The notes under the pieces were generated by a model. The model had not been told where the DNA came from. It saw nothing but the letters and a program-made list of their open reading frames with translations, and searched no databases. From an uncultured Bacteroidales bacterium (GTDB lineage Bacteria > Bacteroidota > Bacteroidia > Bacteroidales > FEN-979): a DNA stretch of 64,000 nt. The translations under genes were made by a program, and so were the position numbers. The stretch covers positions 743 through 64,742 of the forward strand of contig CAIYJU010000058.1 of the NCBI GenBank assembly GCA_903926565.1. Reading direction: 5' to 3'. Shown piece by piece: positions 51,498 to 59,516 of this stretch (positions within the stretch are counted from its first letter, which is position 1; every line of letters begins with the position of its first letter).

Positions 51498-52118
51498 ATG
51501 AAAATAATATTGAGCTTCATTTTTACCTTGTTCCTTTTTCAGAATCTTGCATTCGCCCAGCAAACCGACACCCTCAAAACCGCCCTGCTGATCGTAGATA
51601 TTCAGAACTTCTATTTCCCGGGCGACAACGGCCCCGGCCTTGTAAATGCTGAAGCGGCAAGCGTTAATGCCAGCGAGGTCCTCCGCATCTATCGCGAAAA
51701 AAAGCAACTGGTCATCCATGTCCGCCACAAATCGAAAAAGGGTTTTGAAATTCATAAGAATGTGGAACCCCTTGCGAATGAAAAGGTGATCACCAAAACG
51801 GAAGTCAACAGTTTCCAGGGAACGGATTTGCTGAAATACCTGACAAACAACAGGGTTCACCGCCTGGTCATCATCGGCATGCAAACCCAGATGTGCCTGG
51901 AAGCCGCGGTGCGTGCCGGCTTTGACTACGGTTTTAAATGTATGGTCGTGGAGGATGCCTGCGCCACCCGGGATTTGAAATTCGGTGATAAAACGGTGAA
52001 GGCGCAGGATGTTCATACCAGCACCCTGGCAACCTTTATTGATGGAGGATATGCAAAGGTGATCACTGTGGAAGCGTTTAAAGCAAACCCGGATAAGGTT
52101 CTTTTCCAAAACTGGTAA
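51498..52118 (+). CDS. Secreted isochorismatase-family cysteine hydrolase
   Basis: Signal peptide MKIILSFIFTLFLFQNLAFAQ. ALLIVDIQNFYF and IIGMQTQMCLEA (catalytic Cys). Confidence 0.8.
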   Translation: MKIILSFIFTLFLFQNLAFAQQTDTLKTALLIVDIQNFYFPGDNGPGLVNAEAASVNASEVLRIYREKKQLVIHVRHKSKKGFEIHKNVEPLANEKVITKTEVNSFQGTDLLKYLTNNRVHRLVIIGMQTQMCLEAAVRAGFDYGFKCMVVEDACATRDLKFGDKTVKAQDVHTSTLATFIDGGYAKVITVEAFKANPDKVLFQNW

Positions 52119-52127
52119 CACGGCTTT

Positions 52128-52964
52128 ATGAAGTTTAAATATTTGATCCTCACTTTGTTGCTGGCAGGTTTCCTGCTGATTTACCTGTTGTTTCCGGAAA
52201 AAAACAAGATTGAAAAAACAGGATCAGAACTGGTCGGTGAATATGACATCATCCTGGTCATCGGGCAGTCGAACACCCACCAGGGAATCGGGCTGGACCG
52301 TAAGCTGGATAAGCCGTCGAACAACATTAAACAACTTGGCCGTTTCGGTTGGAATGACTATAAAATAATACCGGCCACCGAGCCGCTGGAGCACATTTCA
52401 AGCTTGCCCGGCTGTATCGGTTTTGCACTGACCTTTGCCAAAGAATATGAGAAGGAATTTCTGGAGAAGGGCAGGAAAGTCCTGATCATCCCTGCAGGCA
52501 TGGGATCCACCGGGTTCTTGAATAATTACTGGAATCCCGGCGATACGTTGTACCAGGATGCCGTGGCACGCACAAATTTTGTCCTTGACAATTGCAACAG
52601 CAAACTGGTTGCAATCCTATGGCACCAGGGGGAGAACGATATTGAAAATCCTGATTTCCAGAAACGGCTTGACACGATGATCGTGAAAATGAGAAAGGAC
52701 CTCCGGGGTGAAAATAACAAAGTGCCATTTATCCTGGGAGGATTGGTTCCCTACTGGACGAGCCAGGACAACAGCCGAATCCGGCTGAACACGATTATTG
52801 CAAACACGGTAAGGAGAGTTGAATATACAGGCTTTGCAGATCCCACGAAGCCCGAGGTGATCGTAAAGCCCGACAATGATTTTGTTTCCATTCATTTCGA
52901 CGCAGCCGGCCAGCGGGAGATGGGGCGGAGGTACTTTTCGGAATACAGAAGGCTTATTAAATGA
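52128..52964 (+). CDS. Sialate O-acetylesterase-like (SASA/SGNH) carbohydrate esterase
   Basis: VIGQSNTHQG and ILWHQGENDI motifs. N-terminal TM/signal anchor. Confidence 0.75.
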   Translation: MKFKYLILTLLLAGFLLIYLLFPEKNKIEKTGSELVGEYDIILVIGQSNTHQGIGLDRKLDKPSNNIKQLGRFGWNDYKIIPATEPLEHISSLPGCIGFALTFAKEYEKEFLEKGRKVLIIPAGMGSTGFLNNYWNPGDTLYQDAVARTNFVLDNCNSKLVAILWHQGENDIENPDFQKRLDTMIVKMRKDLRGENNKVPFILGGLVPYWTSQDNSRIRLNTIIANTVRRVEYTGFADPTKPEVIVKPDNDFVSIHFDAAGQREMGRRYFSEYRRLIK

Positions 52965-53056
52965 CCCACTTCCCTGCCCGGTAAGGCTTTCGATTGGAAG
53001 TAAAGGCCGTAGGGGCAATGATTGTCAAATTATTGCTGGTGCAATTGTTTTTTTAA

Positions 53057-53096
53057 CCGCAGAGGGCCGCAGAGTTTTACGCAGAGGACCGCAAAG
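53057..53096. repeat. Four phased copies of the word CCGCAGAG
   Basis: ccgcagag at 53057, ccgcagag at 53067, acgcagag at 53079, ccgcaaag at 53089 (spacing 10/12/10). Confidence 0.85.
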
Positions 53097-53163
53097 ACCG
53101 GGAATATTTTTTGTCTCTACAGATAACCTTTTCCTGTTTTCCTGATTAAGCAGAAAAGGAATT

Positions 53164-53496
53164 ATGAAAAACAAACTTTCAATTTCAGAGGAGTTACTGG
53201 TTCAGCGTATCTTTCTTATAAGGGGTAAGAAAGTCATGCTTGATTTTGACCTCGCAACTTTATACAGTGTCGAAACCCGTGTACTAAAGCAACAGGTAAG
53301 AAGAAACATGGAACGCTTTCCTGACGATTTCATGTTTCTTCTTTCATCCCGGGAGGTTGATGAGATGGTGTCACAAAATGTGATACCATCAAAGAGTTAC
53401 TGCGGTGGTGCAGATCCAATGGCCTTCACTGAACTTGGGGTGGCAATGTTGTCGAGCGTTTTAAAAGGCTGGCTGGCCTTTGATTTTCCGGGTTAA
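53164..53496 (+). CDS. ORF6N-domain protein (KilA-N-related DNA-binding domain), probably C-terminally short
   Basis: [46 protein letters not shown]...[12 protein letters not shown]. It ends abruptly after the core domain (110 aa). Confidence 0.7.
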   Translation: MKNKLSISEELLVQRIFLIRGKKVMLDFDLATLYSVETRVLKQQVRRNMERFPDDFMFLLSSREVDEMVSQNVIPSKSYCGGADPMAFTELGVAMLSSVLKGWLAFDFPG

Positions 53497-53499
53497 CTA

Positions 53500-53520
53500 C
53501 TTATCACAAATTGTGATAAG
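53500..53520. promoter_or_regulatory. Perfect 21-nt palindrome
   Basis: cttatcacaa-a-ttgtgataag, 4 nt after the ORF6N stop and 72 nt upstream of the histidine kinase ATG. Confidence 0.4.
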
Positions 53521-53592
53521 TTCCGCAGGAACACACGAATCGTTTTTGGGTTCGGCTAAAAACACTATTTTTGTGGGTGAGCCTCGCGGGTC

Positions 53593-55518
53593 ATGAAATT
53601 TCATGATCCTTCTGTAATTCATACAATGATGCTGAAAATTTTAGCCATAACAGGATTAGCGATTATCTGTTTCTACAACCTGACCGGGGATGTTTCCGGA
53701 CAAACTGTAAATCCAAATCCAAGGAACATTGATTCCCAACGATTTGCCAAATTGGATTCAATGGTTATTGCCAACCGGATTTCAAATATTGACAGCGCAC
53801 GTTTGTATGCCCTTGAAGGATACCATCTTTCCAACCGTATCGGTGACGTAAAAAACATTATCAGGTCACTCTACCTCATGTCACTTGTTATAGGGTCCGA
53901 CAATAAGGACAGTGCCTATTTCATGCTCAACCGGGCATTGTTACTGTCAAAGCAAAATAAATGTCAGGATGATGTACCAAACATTCTTTATTCCATCGCC
54001 CTATTGTATCAGGATGCAGGCGAGATTAAAGCTGCCATGACGTTGCTTGATTCAGCAAAGACAATAGCAGAAAAAAAAGACCAGTTTTCAATGCTCGGAC
54101 AAATCTACAATGCCTTGGGCAACATCTGCATTGAAGCAAATGATTCTGCCTCATCCTTGAAAATGTATCAGACCGCCTTCAAAATTGGTTCGATGCACAG
54201 CGACTATATGGTGATGGGAGTTGCCGATGGAAATCTGGCACAATTCTGCAGAAGTAGTAAAGAAGTGATAAAGAATCTGAATCAGGCCATTCAGCTTCTG
54301 AAAAAAACAAGGTTCAGTGAAGAAGAGATCGCCCAGTTTTCCGTCAACGCCGGTCTCGCAGAACCGGATCCTTTCAAAGCGCTGAAATGGTATGCGCAAG
54401 CGGTGGAGGTTGGAAGAAAAAGCCATCTGATATTGCCCCAGCTCGGTGCTCTTAACAACATGGTTTACAGCTTGCTTGAAATTGGCAATGCAGACTCTGC
54501 TGAATCCTGCATTGTAAATTATGCGATTCCTTTGGCCACCGTGGATAAGAACAGCGACTGGCTTGCAACATTGCACGACACCTACGCCGATATTTTGATC
54601 CATCAGGGGAATTTCAAAAAAGCCGCAGAAAATCTGAAGACTGCCCTGTATGAGAAAGTTGTTGCAGATGATAAAAGATCGGTTGACCAGGTTCGCTTGC
54701 TCGCTGCCATCATGGATACGAAAAACAGGGAGGAGGCACTGGAAAAAAGCAATGCAGCGCTGACCCTTCATAAATTCATTGTCAGGCAACAATACCTGGC
54801 CGGATCGGCCATCGTGCTGATTGCAACGGTCATAATCATGGTGCTGCTGTTGCGAAACCAGCGCAGGAAAATAAAATTCAAAACCAGGGAAATTGAGTTG
54901 AACAATCGTATTATTGATTTTGAAGAGCACCAGACAGCCATCCTTGGACGAGAACTTCATGATGTTATTTCCAGTTTGATGCAACGGCTTTCTGGCCATG
55001 TTAAAAACATCAACCCCGGGCATTCTGCAGTGGAACACGAAACCAGGAAAAGGCTCGAAGAGTTGCTTGCCAGTATCCGGACAATTTCGCATCGCATGAA
55101 CAAACTCGATTTCAGGAAATCAAATCTCCGGGATAATCTTGTTGAACTTTCCATCGATATGGTAAACCTAACCGGGATCAACCTCGAAATGGAAGTTCCC
55201 GGCCAGTTGCCAATCCTTTCAGAAGCCATGTCTCGGAATGTTTACCGTATCATACAGGAGATGCTCACGAATGCCGCCAAATATGCCGGAGATGCACTGA
55301 TTAAAGTCTCCCTGGGAACAGTCAGGAACAAACTTGTCATTGCCTACCAGGATCAGGGCCCCGGTTTTAATCCGTTGATTCAGACAAACGATGGTATTGG
55401 CCTGTCTGGCATTCGTGACCGGGCTGAAATATTTGGAGGAACGGCTCAAGCAGAAACTTCACCCGGCAACGGACTTTCATGGATTATTTCATTACCTTTA
55501 ACTCCCGGTATCAATTAG
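53593..55518 (+). CDS. TPR-repeat sensor histidine kinase (HisKA_3/NarX-type)
   Basis: N-terminal signal/TM, about 350 aa of TPR-like helical repeats, and a TM helix (AIVLIATVIIMVLLL). H-box GRELHDVISSLMQ, N-box EMLTNAAKYAG, DQGPGF and GIGLSGIRDRAEIFGG. An alternative start is at 53626. Confidence 0.8.
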   Translation: MKFHDPSVIHTMMLKILAITGLAIICFYNLTGDVSGQTVNPNPRNIDSQRFAKLDSMVIANRISNIDSARLYALEGYHLSNRIGDVKNIIRSLYLMSLVIGSDNKDSAYFMLNRALLLSKQNKCQDDVPNILYSIALLYQDAGEIKAAMTLLDSAKTIAEKKDQFSMLGQIYNALGNICIEANDSASSLKMYQTAFKIGSMHSDYMVMGVADGNLAQFCRSSKEVIKNLNQAIQLLKKTRFSEEEIAQFSVNAGLAEPDPFKALKWYAQAVEVGRKSHLILPQLGALNNMVYSLLEIGNADSAESCIVNYAIPLATVDKNSDWLATLHDTYADILIHQGNFKKAAENLKTALYEKVVADDKRSVDQVRLLAAIMDTKNREEALEKSNAALTLHKFIVRQQYLAGSAIVLIATVIIMVLLLRNQRRKIKFKTREIELNNRIIDFEEHQTAILGRELHDVISSLMQRLSGHVKNINPGHSAVEHETRKRLEELLASIRTISHRMNKLDFRKSNLRDNLVELSIDMVNLTGINLEMEVPGQLPILSEAMSRNVYRIIQEMLTNAAKYAGDALIKVSLGTVRNKLVIAYQDQGPGFNPLIQTNDGIGLSGIRDRAEIFGGTAQAETSPGNGLSWIISLPLTPGIN

Positions 55519-55522
55519 CGCC

Positions 55523-56185
55523 ATGAAAGAAGCCCCGATAAAACTTATCTATATTGAAGATCATCCGGTTATGATCAGAGGGTTGCGTGACATCTTCCGT
55601 TCCACACGAGATGCTGTAAGCCTTTCTGCCTATGCTGAAAGCGCCGAACATGCCATTGCAACCGTCCATCCCGACCAGTTTGATTTGATCATCCTGGACC
55701 TTTTCCTGGGTGATGCAGATCCATTGATGAACATCAGCCGACTCACCGGACATTACCCGGGCAAGCCGGTCATCATTTACTCGGGTCACACAGGCATCGG
55801 TTTGATGAAGCTGGCTTTTGAAATGGGTATCAAAGCCTGGGTCGTGAAAACAGCAGAAAAACAGGAGATCAGGGAGACCGTCATCCGGGTCCATCACGGC
55901 GAAACCATCTATCCCCAGCAACTGTTGCGCATGCAGGTTGCTTCAGTTTCAGCGAAATCCGGCAAACACACATCGTTTCAACAATTCAATCCGGATAAAG
56001 AGCAGGTTCTGATTCTTGACCTGTTGTGTGAAGGCTGTACAACTGCTGAAATAGCTGCAAAACATCTTAAGATGACCCTTTCGAATGTTGAAAAAAAACT
56101 GCAGGCAATGAGAGAACTGTTTGAGGTTAAAACCAACTGTGAAATGGTAATTCTATATATGCGCCGGTTTGGCCCTAACCGGTAA
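55523..56185 (+). CDS. Response regulator, LuxR/NarL-type HTH output
   Basis: Receiver residues (IEDH, LIILDL, IIYSG, VVK). C-terminal HTH LCEGCTTAEIAAKHLKMTLSNVEKKLQAM. The gene is 4 nt downstream of the kinase gene. Confidence 0.8.
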   Translation: MKEAPIKLIYIEDHPVMIRGLRDIFRSTRDAVSLSAYAESAEHAIATVHPDQFDLIILDLFLGDADPLMNISRLTGHYPGKPVIIYSGHTGIGLMKLAFEMGIKAWVVKTAEKQEIRETVIRVHHGETIYPQQLLRMQVASVSAKSGKHTSFQQFNPDKEQVLILDLLCEGCTTAEIAAKHLKMTLSNVEKKLQAMRELFEVKTNCEMVILYMRRFGPNR

Positions 56186-56207
56186 ATCCGCCTGAATTCA
56201 ATTTAGG

Positions 56208-56240
56208 ATGGCGTGCACATTGCACGCCATTTTTTATTTT
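56208..56240 (+). terminator. Rho-independent terminator
   Basis: atggcgtgca(56208-56217)/tgcacgccat(56221-56230), then tttttatttt. Confidence 0.8.
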
Positions 56241-56283
56241 CCACATCCTCATATTCAAAACGTTATTATTTTTCCCCTTCCTT

Positions 56284-56306
56284 AATTTTCCGATTATCGG
56301 AAAATT
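56284..56306. promoter_or_regulatory. Perfect 23-nt palindrome plus a third half-site; candidate operator
   Basis: aattttccgat-t-atcggaaaatt. The half-site ttccgattatc recurs at 56311-56321. It lies about 100 nt upstream of the ATG at 56404. Confidence 0.45.
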
Positions 56307-56403
56307 CTGCTTCCGATTATCATATTGCATCCCAGACATTTCCTTCAGAACCTTTGAGCGGTTACAGTTTCAAATTTTTGGTCCATTCTAAAAACCGCTC
56401 AAT

Positions 56404-58077
56404 ATGAAAAAAATCCTACTCCTCATCGCTTTAATTTTTGCAATGAAACTTCGAACCATATTCATAGTTTTCACACTCGCTCTCTGCGTTGTCATGGAAA
56501 CACAGTCCCAACCCCTGCCAACCGGCGATCCGGTCATGCCGCTGTTGCAAAACAAATCCATTTTATTTGGAACGGATACCTATATCAACAATCAACCTCT
56601 GCAAAATCAGCGGAATATCGTAATATGTTCTGCTTTTAATGGGTGGCTTTATGGGGTTTATTCTTATTTTGACATTGTTGCTCATCAAGATGCCATAGCC
56701 ATAGTTCGATCTAAGAACAATGGTGAAAACTGGTCAGTGTTATTAGAAGGACCTTGGGGTCTTAATCATGTTGCAATCACAAAATTAGACATCCTGGCTT
56801 GCGGGACTGATACTGCAAATTTAAAGTTAATTGTGGGCTATTGTATCTTTGATACTGTTTCCTCATATCAAGTACTTTCAGTGGTTCGACATGATAAAAA
56901 TGGTTTGAGTGAGGATATACTTCTTCAGGAGGATTCAGGATTAGTGAGAGATTTTGCCTTGGCGAGTGATAACATTTACCCTGCAGCTAATTCGAATCCA
57001 TTTTCCCTTGCTGTTGCCTATTCTAAAGGAAGCTTTTATAAGGATTCAATTGTTGTCTGTACCTCTGGTAATGGTGGATTGTCATTTAATAAACATTATA
57101 ATATAGCAGCGTCATCTCATTATTTTCACAGAGTGGCATTAACATATGGCAGAAGTCCCTCTTGCAGCACTGGCAGGTATTTTGCAGCATGGGAGGAACA
57201 GGATAATGCAAATTCCATTTCCGGGCATATCTTTACAGCCCATTCGGAACCAAATTTTAATAGCCCGTTTACTTTACCGGTTCTTCTTGACAGCCTTGAT
57301 GCTTCAACTGCAAACAAAGCCAGCAACCCGGTAATCTCCTGTCAAAACAACAACGCCGACAATGACAGCGCAAACCTTACCGAAGTTGTGCTTTTTGAGA
57401 AATATCAACCAATAAGCCAGAATTTCAATATTGCCGGATTTTACAATAAAAAGACAACGACTTCTACCAACTTCAGGAAATTTTCACTGAATGCTTCACC
57501 AAACAGCATTAAGCAACCTGACATTGCTTTCAATCCCTATGATTCCACGTTTATGGTTACCTGGTTTGATTCGACAGCACAAAAACTCCCTTACTTCATC
57601 CATGATTATAACATGACCGAACCCGATACCTGGGTTGGCATTTCTGCAGGTTACAATGATGAAGGCAACCTTACCTCCCCATGCCCGCAATTGGCTATGG
57701 ATTTCGCACGGCAAGCCGGTTCAAACGCATGGATTGGCACACGCGCTGGAGGGAATGGCGCAGCCATGTTTGATTCACCATTTACCTACTATGTTGGCAG
57801 TTCGGAAATAGGTAATAACAAAATGAAAATAAATATCTTTCCAAACCCTGCAACTGAATTTGCAACTCTTGAATTCGATTTACCTAAAGAGGAAAAAGTC
57901 GAAATTAATCTAATCAATACGATAGGACAATCACTATATAATATGAATCCTATCTTCTTTCCAGCCGGTAAACACTTGATGAAAATTAATATTACAAAGT
58001 TTCCCACTGGTATTTATATCGCAATAATTCATACTGGAGATTCCTTCACTTCAGGAAAAATAATTGTCAACAGATAA
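56404..58077 (+). CDS. T9SS-secreted protein with BNR/Asp-box-like beta-propeller features
   Basis: Signal peptide. Asp-box-like SKNNGENWS and SGNGGLSF. CTD INIFPNPATEFATLEF...GIYIAIIHTGDSFTSGKIIVNR. Confidence 0.65.
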   Translation: MKKILLLIALIFAMKLRTIFIVFTLALCVVMETQSQPLPTGDPVMPLLQNKSILFGTDTYINNQPLQNQRNIVICSAFNGWLYGVYSYFDIVAHQDAIAIVRSKNNGENWSVLLEGPWGLNHVAITKLDILACGTDTANLKLIVGYCIFDTVSSYQVLSVVRHDKNGLSEDILLQEDSGLVRDFALASDNIYPAANSNPFSLAVAYSKGSFYKDSIVVCTSGNGGLSFNKHYNIAASSHYFHRVALTYGRSPSCSTGRYFAAWEEQDNANSISGHIFTAHSEPNFNSPFTLPVLLDSLDASTANKASNPVISCQNNNADNDSANLTEVVLFEKYQPISQNFNIAGFYNKKTTTSTNFRKFSLNASPNSIKQPDIAFNPYDSTFMVTWFDSTAQKLPYFIHDYNMTEPDTWVGISAGYNDEGNLTSPCPQLAMDFARQAGSNAWIGTRAGGNGAAMFDSPFTYYVGSSEIGNNKMKINIFPNPATEFATLEFDLPKEEKVEINLINTIGQSLYNMNPIFFPAGKHLMKINITKFPTGIYIAIIHTGDSFTSGKIIVNR

Positions 58078-58145
58078 TCAAGAATTATCTGAAATAATTT
58101 GGAGAGTATCAGGAAAATCAGCACACATCATCTAAAATAATATCT

Positions 58146-59501
58146 ATGAAATCACTTCAATTCTTCACGGTCAAGATGTTCATTGCTTTTACGATATTGT
58201 TGCTTTCTTCGTTCAAAATAATAAACGGACAAGCCCTTCTTAAGTATCCAGGGGTGCCATCAAATTTTTATGATGATAACGGCAAATTGGGAATTGGCAC
58301 TACGCTACCTTCTGCACGAATACATGTGCGTTCCAATGGATTCTCAAGTCCACCACTTTTTAAAACCGAAATCTTCAATTCATTTGGCACACAATTATTT
58401 GGAACAATTCAACATTTTGTAACAGTTGATAATAAAAATTATGGGATTTACCAAACCAGTGCAACCATTACCGGCTTATTGAATTATTTCCAGGACCCTG
58501 TGAAAACAGGTTATGTCACTATAAAAACTGGTTTAAATAATGCAGCTGTGATTGGACTTGATCCAAATGTAAGTAACCTTGATTTTAATTTCGATCCAGG
58601 GAATCCTCCCATTGATCCGGTAACATCCTTGTCAATAAATATCTCAGGGATCAGGGTTAAATCAAATCTTGTAACGGATAATTTCCAGATGATAACAGGG
58701 GCAGGAGATAATAAAATCCTGACCGGCGATCAATATGGAAATGCATATTGGACAAATCCGCCGAATGGTGGAGTTGTTCCATGGCTGGTCACTAAGAACA
58801 GTGATATTGTGTCAAACAGGGAACTACATTATGTCGGAATCGGAACAGAAAATCCATCTCAAATGCTTGAAATATGCCCTTCCAACGATCAGGGTGGAAT
58901 TTCAATTGATCAGGTATCGGAGGACTCTACCGGCAGTGAAATCATTTTTAAGAAACAATCAGAACCCCAATTTGCTCTTGGCCATAATTTTAATAAAAAC
59001 CGCAGTTGCTTTTTTATTTGGAGTCACCTTGATAGTGGGGGAATAGGGAAGACGGATCTCTTCATAGACCTGAAAAATGGCATGACGGGAATCGGTACTG
59101 AATGGCCAAATGCCAAACTCGAAGTAAATGGCAGTTTGATGGCAACCTATGTTGGCATTGGAAGGGTGCCGCCCGAACCTCCCAATGGATATCGACTTTT
59201 CGTTGAAGGTGGCATCGCCGCAAGAGAAGTTAAGGTTACAATTGGTCCTTTCCCCGATTATTGCTTCAGTGAAGATTACAAATTGATGCCACTTCAAGAG
59301 TTAAGAACATACATTGAGCAAAACAAACATTTGCCTGACATGCCCACTGCAAAGGAAATTGAAGATAGTAACGGCATTGAACTCGGTGCCATGCAAACCA
59401 TCCTGGTAAAGAAGGTAGAGGAACAAACGCTATACATTCTTGATCTGCAGAAACAAGTGGATGAATTAAAAGCCCTGATGGAAAAGCAGACACATAAATA
59501 A
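58146..59501 (+). CDS. Secreted fibre-like protein with C-terminal coiled coil (no T9SS CTD)
   Basis: Signal peptide. Gly/Asn-rich beta body. C-terminus KLMPLQELRTYIEQNKHLPDMPTAKEIEDSNGIELGAMQTILVKKVEEQTLYILDLQKQVDELKALMEKQ. Confidence 0.5.
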   Translation: MKSLQFFTVKMFIAFTILLLSSFKIINGQALLKYPGVPSNFYDDNGKLGIGTTLPSARIHVRSNGFSSPPLFKTEIFNSFGTQLFGTIQHFVTVDNKNYGIYQTSATITGLLNYFQDPVKTGYVTIKTGLNNAAVIGLDPNVSNLDFNFDPGNPPIDPVTSLSINISGIRVKSNLVTDNFQMITGAGDNKILTGDQYGNAYWTNPPNGGVVPWLVTKNSDIVSNRELHYVGIGTENPSQMLEICPSNDQGGISIDQVSEDSTGSEIIFKKQSEPQFALGHNFNKNRSCFFIWSHLDSGGIGKTDLFIDLKNGMTGIGTEWPNAKLEVNGSLMATYVGIGRVPPEPPNGYRLFVEGGIAAREVKVTIGPFPDYCFSEDYKLMPLQELRTYIEQNKHLPDMPTAKEIEDSNGIELGAMQTILVKKVEEQTLYILDLQKQVDELKALMEKQTHK

Positions 59502-59516
59502 AAGGAGGAAAATATT

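Noticed and set aside
51471-52121. A 216-aa ORF on the minus strand, exactly antisense to the isochorismatase-family gene.
   Set aside because: The plus-strand product has a signal peptide and the family's catalytic motifs. The antisense product is low-complexity with no recognisable motif. Long stop-free antisense frames are a common by-product of codon bias.
53057-53096. Whether the short direct repeats here, at 48353-48390 and at 63675-63809 form a CRISPR array.
   Set aside because: The repeat units are only 5-8 nt with 2-4 nt between them. There are no 25-40-nt repeats or unique spacers, and no cas genes.
53522-53529. A single ccgcagga word upstream of the kinase gene that resembles the CCGCAGAG repeat word.
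   Set aside because: It is a single imperfect occurrence without phasing, so it is compatible with chance.
54151-55092. A 313-aa antisense ORF inside the histidine kinase gene. Similar long antisense ORFs occur at 37902-38600 (uvrC), 13489-14139 (fumC), 3041-3559 (pfkA), 5114-5695 (dipeptidase) and 19887-20543 (GH38).
   Set aside because: Each lies fully inside a confidently identified gene on the other strand and has no start context, signal or motif of its own. I treated them as shadow ORFs.
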